A stretch of 46,123 nucleotides of DNA. Source: Chiloscyllium plagiosum. Lineage: Eukaryota. The notes under the pieces are model-generated. The model ran no database searches and was not told where the DNA came from. It saw nothing but the letters and a program-made list of their open reading frames with translations. The stretch spans positions 12,465,138 to 12,511,260 of the forward strand of contig NC_057753.1 of the NCBI RefSeq assembly GCF_004010195.1, in the 5' to 3' direction. The translations under genes and the position numbers were made by a program. Position 1 is the first letter of the stretch; every line of letters begins with the position of its first letter. Shown here piece by piece: positions 36,344-46,123 of this stretch.

Positions 36344-39300
36344 CGTGCTGCTGCCAGGTGCAGCAGATGCTTCATACAGCCTGGAAGCTGAAAGATCTTT
36401 CATGAGACGGGAGCTGAGAGCTGGACTGATATACTGTAGAATGATCAAATTAACTTGCTAAGGCAAGTCCTTTGATCTGGATGTGAAATCCTCTCCTACA
36501 TTACTCTGATCTGCAGGGAGTGGGGTTGGAGACTGTTCTGTGAGTAGAGTCTGCCTTCCTAAGTGCACCCAGAGAGTTGAGCTGGGAAGTTGGTCATGTG
36601 GTTTCATTGATGCTGTTCTTTGCATTTGAAAAGTTGGGCCAAGACGTTGTTTTTTTTCTCATTCAGGAAACCCCAATCACTACATTCCGTTATTGACAGG
36701 GGGCCATTAACATTTTCCTGAACTGCTTACCAGGATTTTGGTTCAATATTTACTCAGAAGGAGCGCTTCCCAGAGATAGTCAATGAGTTTCAGTCCAATC
36801 TCTCACAGCTGATATCGCATTCGATTGTCAATATCATGGAACAAAATATGGGAACATCTTCAAATCTTCACTTTAACCTGGGTTTCGTACTAACTTCCTG
36901 GTTTGACAACTGATGCTGCAACTCATGTTTATTCTGTTGTTCAAAAAGATCAAGACTTATCTGAATTTTTCATATTCTCATCTACCGCTGATTAAAATTC
37001 ATGTGCATTCTGAAAGCAAGGGTTTTACCTAACATTACCTAAAAAAATCATAGATCTGCTTACAGTGCCTTTTAGAAAAGAGAATTTGAAAACCTCATAG
37101 TCCTTGTGACAAAAGACGTCGCCTTTATCTCTGTATTGAATGCTCAAACCCTAATCATCAACCCGTGGATTCGAGTTCAATAGTCTCCCGAAAGGAGAGA
37201 ACATTCTTTCCGTGTTTGCGCTGCCAAGACTCTCAAGGTCTAATGTGTGCCAGTCAAATGGGCTCTTTCTCTACTTACCTCAAACAGATAAGTCTCCAGT
37301 ATCCGTACTGAACTCACAAGTCAACCTGTCAATTCGAGACATTGGTTCAGGATACTTTCGGCCATCTGCTTTCAACATATTCACACACATCTTAAATAGA
37401 GAGTGCAGTACTGTGCATGGAACGAAAAACATGTTCACACACTGAAAAAATGACAAATGTATACCTGAAACAGAACCTTCCTACTGTTGCAGCAGTTTCT
37501 GTTCAGAATAGAATGGGAGCAAGTGTTCCCGCACCGAAAATGGTCGAGAGCCAGAAGCCATAGATTTAAAGGTGCGTGGGCCACAAGCCTTGAAGCAGCA
37601 TGTGAGCCACCAGCCCCGACGTAGTTAGTGGGCCACGAGTCCCGGTGCTGCGTGTGGGCTGTCAGCACTGGAGCAGGTTGAAGAGAGCAGCGCAGAGAAT
37701 CAGTCCCACATCAGTACCCCAGAAAGCAACCACGGGCCCTCGCATAGGCAGAGTCATAGGTTGACACCAGTGCGTGGTAAGCAGTCCACGACTTACTCTG
37801 GAGCAATTGAATGCCGGTATGAAACGGACTGGAGATTAATGTGGAACGTGGATTGCTGCTGTTTCGTGGACTCTGATCTGGAGCGTTCGTTCAGACCCAC
37901 GCACTGGGACGCTGTGCTAAGTTGCGTTGATGTAATGGCTATCTGTATTTTTAACCTTATTCTTCAGCTCGTTATAATAATGCATAAGCTTCTATTTCTT
38001 TGCTGTAGTCAAGAATTTTTTCTGCCCCCTAACATATCACCATAAGAAGGCAGACATTGCAAAACCTTTTCTCTGCACTCGTGTAATATTCACATGACAG
38101 TAGAATGATATTCTAGTATTCAAGGAAACATGTTGTAAAAAAGACAACATGAGGATGAAATAAATTATTTTCCACACAATCAGCCACCCGGTTATGGGTG
38201 AACAACTTAGAAGGTGCAGGAGACAGTCTTACTTGAGACATTCAGAAGGCCAATGGACTCTTGTTGATCGAGAAAATGCACAGGTTATGTGTGGAAGTTT
38301 CATGAATTTGACACTAAATTGCTGATTTTCCTCATCTGGCAGATTAACAATCGTGAAACTGTGGTTCTGTGAATTGCATGGGTCAAAAATGAAAATGTTC
38401 TACGAAACTTTCTAATTATTTCCCGCATGTCATACTAACTTACCATACTTCATGGTCTGTGACACCCTTCTGTATGTCAGTACTCTGTTCCTCTCAGCAA
38501 TTAGATAACGTACTTTTTTTTTTACTCTTTCTGCCGTATCTGACAATTTCAAATATTTAGGCACAATGCTCTATCTTCCAGATTGTTCTGCATTTGTTTA
38601 ACATACCTACATTTCTCTTGTCTATTGTTTTGATCTAAGTTAATTCAGCTTCCTCCTCTTCTGTGTCAATTGTGCCACATTTTCTTTACATTCGCCTGCT
38701 AGTGACATTTACCTCACTGGCCTGAATTTCAGTATCACGGTCTGCTTTCTTCTGAAGGTGATTAATCTGATCCAAGATGTGCAAAATTCACACATACTCA
38801 CAGACAATCAAAACATTGTGTCACGTGTGACAACTTGGGTCAATACGTCCAATTCTGCCAATTCAAAGACAGAAGATTTGGATCTGACTGATCGAAATAG
38901 ATGTACATACTGAATCTTTATTGATAGGTGGACTGTTTGAAAATGGGAAGTAAGCACACTCTTGTGTAAACAGTGATGGAGCATATTGATGCTACTTCAA
39001 AAGGCTATTTTAGAATCTTCTGACAATCTTCACGTTATGCTTCCTCAGTCATTCACCTAACAGCATCAGAACATTGCCAAAACATTGCAAAGTTGGTTTG
39101 GCATTGGCACAACATTATAGGCAGTCAGCTAATTACGGGGGAATGAAAACTCACCGTTCTTCTTGAAATATGTTTGGGCAATGGAGGAGCAGTTCTTATG
39201 GACCATTCATCTCGGTCACAGGTTATGCTGAGCACTTATAGCAATATGCTGTTAGTGCTAATATCGTTGTTTTACTTTGCGATTCGAACACTTGTTGATC

Positions 39301-40290
39301 TTGTTTGACTCGTTCAACTAAGTTCTCTTTTGTAAAAATAGTCAGTGTTTCTAATGGCAAAATGCTGACATGACATTTAATTTTCAAGAACTAACGTTAT
39401 TCAAAAATAATACATAGAGGAGAGAACAGTATGCGTCATGTCAAGGTTAAAAGAAGACTGAAACGATCATACGGTGGAATAAAGTAGTGGGATTATATTT
39501 CAATAATTTATTTCTGCCTCTCCATCAGTCATTTACAGTCTTCGTTTGAAGATCCCACACTCAATTGGAAAGAAGCATATCAATTTTTCTCTAATCCAGT
39601 TTGGCTGTGGGTTTCACAAAATGCTATTATTAAGATGTAATGTTGCACGAAATTTCTATTTTAATTCTATATCGTGTACCATTGTGAATGCATGTCACAT
39701 GAGTATAGGAAAGGTTTAAATTTTGATCCGATCTCGACTTTTAAGGCCATTGTTTAAAATGCAGCAATGAAACTGAGAAGGTAGTAGCTCAGCAACAATC
39801 CCTTCCTTTCCATTCTTTTGCAGAGAATATTTTATATTTGTAATAAAATGTGAACTTTGTTCGTGGTTTCTTGCCTCAAGCATGTTTGTATTTGGTGTAA
39901 AAAGTAAAATACTTAATTTGAATGCAAATGTTAAATTGTTACCAGATTAATGATATGTTAAATAGACGGCACCACAATGTTACTCACCAAAACATAGGAT
40001 TTTAGGACATACTTATAAAGAATATGCTGTTATGTTACACAAATAACTTCAATAATATTTATTCTCTTTACTTCTGACAATAAAGCGTCCAGCCTTGTGA
40101 AATCCCATGAAGGAAAAACATTGTAATCCTTCAAAACATAAATTTCGTTCAAACAACAGCTGCACTAAGTTACTGTCTGAAATAAAGCTCAAAGCATGAA
40201 ACCCACTAATAACCTCTCTAGAGCCTGCTATTATGCATAACAATTAGTATTTCAGTGGATTGCAGAGCGCATTCAGAGCTTCTGATAACA

Positions 40291-43200
40291 ATGCACGGAA
40301 TACCAGCAGGTGTGGGGTTTGCCATTTATTATCCTATCCTCGGAGCTCTCGGTGTTCCAGGTAAAGTATTCTAGTTGGTTTGGAGGTGAGAGTATCATTC
40401 TTTGGTTGTATCAATGCTGCAATTTTGCCTGAAGTATGTCTGTAGGTTCCAATTTAATTTTCTATGGTTTTCTTTCCATTCCATTGCAAAACGCCCTTTT
40501 CAACGCATCATTGACAAACGTAACGATGTTAATTCGCCATTTGAGCATTTACCTTATTTATTTTTATGGCTTATTTTTAGTATGCATGTTATAAATTCAC
40601 TCCGTTAAATGTAGCATTTTTTCTTGTAATGAGGAATGCACGTTGTCAAGGTGCTTTCTCCACTTTAACTTGATGCCATGTTCTTGTGATGGTTATCATT
40701 CGATTGTTTGAACGATGTCATGAATCCCATATTCTTTGAGCATAAGACGAAATAAATGTACTTCTGTTATTTTAACGGGCCGACTCATTACGTGTGAATT
40801 ATCACACTGTTATCGTAATTTAAATACAATTGCAGGATGTTACTGATAATGCTGTTGTGAGTGAATTACTGCATTATTATTATTGTATACATATATTTTT
40901 AAAATGGCATTGCAAGTGTCCTTTGATGCACTGGCGCAGTGTTCTTACAGTTTATATGAAGATTCCTTGTGTTCCTAATGCTATGATTAAAGGTGAAGGA
41001 CCTTCCTGTTATTTCCGTGTAAAGGTAGAACAATTGTGTTGTTTTGAATGTTGTTCAGTTTGAAGGAATATCCTGTAGGTTGCTACACACATGCAGCTGT
41101 TACTTGTTGCCAATTTGACAACATATCTGTGGGCAAATAGCAATCATCGTGTAAATATGAATACATTTGTGTCATTCCCTCCGAAGTGGTGGAATAATAA
41201 ACATAAGTGTCTCATTGATAGAGAAGATTGAAACTAAATGACTAATTTTAGACGGTATAATGAATTAATTTATTGAAGCTACGTTATTGGGCGCCATGAT
41301 AGTGATGTGGATTGTTGCGTTTGTAGGAGGCTCGTTTTGCAATCGAGTCCTCCCGAACAGTTATTTCCATTCATTCAGACTGATACAGAAGATACTAATT
41401 GATTATTAACTAAGGAGCTCAGAATGAGAATTGCTGCGACTCAACAGTCACACTCAAAATCCGGAGTAACGTTTTTTGATATTTACTTACACAACTTGAG
41501 TATAAATTGAGCAAGTTGGCCACCATATCTTTTTTTAACACCGAAATGTGTTACAATAAGTTTTTGCAAGTAATCCCTTTTGATTATCAGTTGACGAGAA
41601 ACTGTGTCCTTGTTCGTTTCCAAATGTATGACTTTTATTTTTAGTATGCCAAATGAATGGTTGTCACAGCATCACACGGCATTCATTTCCTCATTTACTC
41701 AATGCTGCTGTGTTGATTTCTTTTTATTTCAAATTCCTTTTTTCTTATTAGGGTAAGTTCTACCAGAATGCATTAACATTCCATGGACCTAATGAACATA
41801 TTAGAAACTTTTATGGCAGAATGATTGTTTATGGCGTAAGAAGTAAGTTCTAACTTAGGACCAGCATGAAACAAATGCCTCCAACACCGAGTGCTCCAAA
41901 ATGGTCGGGTGATTTTGTTCGGAGTTGAAACAGTAACGGATCCTTCCCCCTTAATCACATATAAAACGCCCTTCTCCCTCTCTTTCGCGTTCTCGTTCTC
42001 TGTCATTCTCTTTCTTTCTCTCATCCTTTTTCGTTCTGTATCAATTAATTAATCCGGTGAGTGCACGCCACGTTTCTAGTTTTATCAGTATCAGCTGGTT
42101 TCCTTTCCTGTGGCGGAATCTTAGTCATGGTTTTGACTGCAATGTTAGATTGGATTCCATAACTGGTCTGCCATTCAGTTTTCTATCAAGTAGATGCAAG
42201 CAATTTCCATTTTACATTCATTGTTCCAACTTTTGACAGTTTGGTTTCGTCAACATACATTTTTTTATATTTTCTTGATTTCCAGGCCCTCCATGGAAGT
42301 AAGTAGAAACGTAATATTATACACAGAAATGATTGTATGTTTTGATGAAGAACGTTAAAAACTAAAAAGCACGTAATTCCCAATTTAAAATGCACATGGA
42401 TTAATAAAGTAATAAAATGATGCGTTGAGTTTTCGTGGATACGTAAGCAGTACAAGTTGAACAATTTTCGAAACCTTTCGTTATTTCGCAGTATTCAATA
42501 TTTTCATTGTGAATCTCTGAGCATTTCCTGATTTTGTCTGTCGATCTTTCCAATGGCGAATGATTTTAATGTTGAGAAAAATATGATCCTTTTTCTCTTC
42601 AGTTTTCAGATTTCTCTTGGATTATTTTCCAAATTTTCAGCAAGAATACATTTACACATTATTTGCCAATAGGACCATTATAGTGTCTTTTTGTCTTTTA
42701 CTTCTGGTTAGAGAAAAAGATTGTGATATAGTTTACTCTCTGATCTGTGTTAATATATTAATTTGTAGTCTTTTTCCATTGACCTATTTATATTCAAATC
42801 GGGAATCATGTTCTCCCTACAGTTCAGAGAGTGGCCACTCAAAAACATTACCTGTGCTCGAATTCTCAGAAGACCCACTGCCCACTCTCCGTAATCCCAC
42901 AATAATCACAGTTAACCCAAATTTTCCTTGGCACTATGTGAAAATCCAGCGTAGCCAATAAAACTAGCCTGCACAACTTGGAACTTTGGGAGGAAAAGGG
43001 AGCACTTGGAGGAAACCCACACAATCATAGTGAAATTATATAATCTCACTAAGCAATCAACCGAGGCTGGAAACAAACGTGGGTCCCCTGGTGCTGTGAA
43101 ATATTAGGGCTCGCCATTGTGCCATGGGGCCACTCTCAGCCGAAATTTCTGCAAGTAGAAATAACTGTCAGGATGTTAATTTGTAATTTTTGATTCATGT

Positions 43201-44230
43201 TCATGTCTTAAAAATATCAATTTCATTCAAAATCTTATAGATTAGTTCTCGTTATCCGTTGTTCTCAGATTCTATTTCTCCTCGACTTCTACATACATTT
43301 ATATATGTTTCTATGACAGCTAACCTGACTGTGATTGTGATCCTTTCTCAAAGAAAATGTGGCCTTTCTAGTTGCATCATTTATTACCTCGTGTCCATGG
43401 CAGTGGCAGATCTCTTGGTCGTGGTAACTGCTGTAATATTAAACCGTGTTGCTGGAATTTACTTCCCATCAAGCTTCTTGTTCATCACTCCAGTGTGCAG
43501 TCTACGTGATGCCATCATATACACAGCGATTGATTGTTCAGCATGGTTGACGGTTGCTTTTACCTTTGATCGATTTGTGGCCATTTCTTGTCAGAAACTG
43601 AAAATGAAGTACTGCACGGAACGGACAGCAGCACTGGTTATTGGAATCGTGACTACACTTAGTTGCATAAAAAGTGCCTTCATGTTTTTTATTAATGAAC
43701 CAATCTACATTATTAATAATGTACCCTGGTTCTGCAACATAAAATTAATATTTTATACGTCCCCTGCGTGGGCAGCTTATGATTGGATTCGTACCATTTT
43801 AACCCCTTGTCTTCCATTCATTCTGATTTTACTTCTGAACGCTCTAACTGTGAGACATATTATTGCGGCCAATAGATCCCGCAGGAGACTCCGAATTCAG
43901 AGTAGTGGAGAACATCAGAGGGATCCAGAGATGGAAAAACGCAAAAAGTCCATGGTTTTACTCTTCGCCATCTCGGGCAGCTTCATCCTGTTATATTCTT
44001 TATTTTTTATAACTACTATCTATGTCCGAATTGCGAATGTACCTTATTTCTCAGGTTTCAATTTAAGTCAGTCGGCATTTATTCAACAGGAAACTGGATA
44101 CCTGCTTCAGTTTATGAGTTCCTGTATCAACCCATTTATTTATACAGGGACACAGAGTAAATTCAGAGCTGAGTTAAAGAATGGATTGAAATATCCACTG
44201 AGTCTCCTTATGAAGTTTTGTAAGTTTTGA
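40291..44230 (+). CDS. GPR139/GPR142-like class A GPCR, two exons join(40291..40360,43320..44230), 326 aa
   Basis: Exon 1 MHGIPAGVGFAIYYPILGALGVP with donor gtaaag; phase-1 acceptor acag at 43319 gives GVP-A-NL in TM1; AVADLL, TFDRFVAI and NPFIY motifs; 7 hydrophobic segments; no stops. The ORF-track start at 43259 is intronic. Confidence 0.92.
42860..43130 (-). mobile_element. HE1/V-SINE, old copy in the GPCR intron
   Basis: ttgggaggaaaagggagcacttggaggaaacccac is the reverse of the V-SINE core. Confidence 0.65.
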
Positions 44231-44808
44231 AAATAATAAAACCTAACAAAAAACAATGTTAGTTTGCAACTATCGTCTTATTAATCATAATACACTGATA
44301 TTCCTTTCAAAGTTGTATGCACTGTCAGATGTTTACCCAAAAGGTGAATTTGGGAATGCCAAAGACATTTTTGATTCTGTTGATCCAAAGTTAACTTTTG
44401 CACTTTGATTCACCTCGCAAAACTGATTGGAAAGTGTCCTGACTTGGATTGTCGTTTCCTTGTTGGTATAGAACGGGTTCAAGCATTTCACACAGCTTTG
44501 TGAATACAAAGCTGATTTGCAGTAATTAGAAATGATGCTTGAAGACACGAGTACTTTTAAAAATTATATTTTTTTGGCCCATTGCAGAGGGCAGTTCAAA
44601 GACAGCCACGTTGTTGTGGGTCTACATGAACATAAGCTCTGGCCTGGGTAAGAATAGAAGCTCATGAATCAGATTGTTTTTTTCTGAACAATTAATTCAT
44701 AGTCTTTAATAGGCCCCTTAAATCCAGATTTCTTTTGACCGAACTACAACTTGACAAACTGCCACAGTGGGATTTGAACCTGGATCCTAATATACTTTCT
44801 GGGGATCT

Positions 44809-46034
44809 GAATTAACAGTTTAATAAATGCTGGGAAATCTCCTCCGGCATTGTTCATGTGATGCACGTTTGTACATCCAGCATTTTTTGCCCAACTCGAA
44901 TGTACCACACCATTTTGGAGTTCTCTCTGCATTCCTTGACTTGGCTCGTCAGTCTTTCATGGTTGGATGTCCGGTGTCTCTTGAAGATGTGACAGATGTG
45001 TCCACAGCTCCCACGACGTATCCATTTATAGAACATAGAACATAGAACATAGAACATAGAACATAGAACATAGAACATAGAACATAGAACATAGAACATA
45101 GAACATAGAACATAGAACATAGAACATAGAACATAGAACATAGAACATAGAACATAGAACATAGAACATAGAACATAGAACATAGAACATAGAACATAGA
45201 ACATAGAACATAGAACATAGAACATAGAACATAGAACATAGAACATAGAACATAGAACATAGAACATAGAACATAGAACATAGAACATAGAACATAGAAC
45301 ATAGAACATAGAACATAGAACATAGAACATAGAACATAGAACATAGAACATAGAACATAGAACATAGAACATAGAACATAGAACATAGAACATAGAACAT
45401 AGAACATAGAACATAGAACATAGAACATAGAACATAGAACATAGAACATAGAACATACAGCACAGAACAGGCCCTTCGGCCCACGATGTTGTGCCGAACT
45501 TCTAACCTAGATTAAGTACCCATCCATGTACCTATCCAAATGCCGCTTAAAGGTCGCCAATGATTCCGACTCTACCACTCCCACGGGCAGCGCATTCCAT
45601 GCCCCCACCACTCTCTGGGTAAAGAAGAGTGGTGGGGGCATGGAATTAACAGTTTAATAAATGCTGGGAAATCTCCTCCGGCATTGTTCATGTGATGCAC
45701 GTTTGTACATCCAGCATTTTTTGCCCAACTCGAATGTACCATACCATTTTGGAGTTCTCTCTGCATTCCTTGACTTGGCTCGTCAGTCTTCCATGGTTGG
45801 ATGTCCGGTGTCTCTTGAAGATGTGACAGATGTGCCCACAGCTCCCACGACGTATCCATTTATAGAACATAGAACATAGAACATAGAACATACAGCACAG
45901 AACAGGCCCTTCGGCCCACGATGTTGTGCCGAACTTCTAACCTAGATTAAGTACCCATCCATGTACCTATCCAAATGCCGCTTAAAGGTCGCCAATGATT
46001 CCGACTCTACCACTCCCACGGGCAGCGCATTCCA
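44809..46034. repeat. Local direct duplication (44809-45599 / 45643-46034): ~219-bp flank + CR1 tail + CR1 3' UTR, joined through a hairpin
   Basis: The copies differ by 3 substitutions in the flank and by tail length (61 vs 4 units). Confidence 0.9.
45028..45454. repeat. (ATAGAAC)61 perfect tandem array, the expanded 3' tail of a minus-strand CR1
   Basis: 427 bp = 61 x 7; abuts the reverse-complement CR1 3' end atacagcacagaacaggcccttcggcccac. Confidence 0.95.
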
Positions 46035-46123
46035 AACATTAACCACCCTCTGTGTGAAAACGTTGCCCCTTAGATCTTTTTTATATCTTTCCCCTCTCAC
46101 CCTAAACCTATGCTCTCTAGTTC
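45862..46123 (-). mobile_element. CR1 LINE 3' end, running off the window
   Basis: (ATAGAAC)4 tail, 3' UTR and reverse of the ORF2 end; similar to ~11770-11870. Confidence 0.85.

Noticed and set aside
43259-43319. N-terminus of the 323-aa ORF as a single-exon GPCR
   Set aside because: Non-ATG start within a pyrimidine-rich intron end; TM1 is completed by the exon at 40291-40360.
44854-45484. Long MFYVLCS-repeat ORFs
   Set aside because: Translation of the 7-bp CR1 tail array; not a gene, and not a CRISPR array because there are no spacers.

Overview
Eukaryotic, repeat-rich DNA from a cartilaginous fish (shark-type HE1/V-SINEs, CR1 LINEs, Penelope, GPR139-like receptors), most likely part of, or an orphon of, the T-cell receptor alpha/delta locus. 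Left to right: a decayed ERV (~1070-6084); an old CR1/L2-type LINE; a consensus CTCF motif beside a 100-bp hairpin; a TCR alpha/delta V segment on + (open V exon, good 23-RSS, leader 1 nt out of frame); a Penelope element with inverted pseudo-LTRs; a GPR139-like pseudogene; a complete but pseudogenised NAR-TCR cassette on - (leader, IgNAR-like V, two D, J, leaderless supporting Vdelta); an intact two-exon GPR139-like GPCR; and a CR1-tail duplication with a (ATAGAAC)61 array. The most unusual signal is an array of three tandem 23-type RSSs with a 60-bp period behind the supporting Vdelta. The V frame reads through the first unit, so RSS choice could lengthen CDR3 in 20-aa steps. All calls come from manual reading and translation; no searches were run, and repeat boundaries are approximate.
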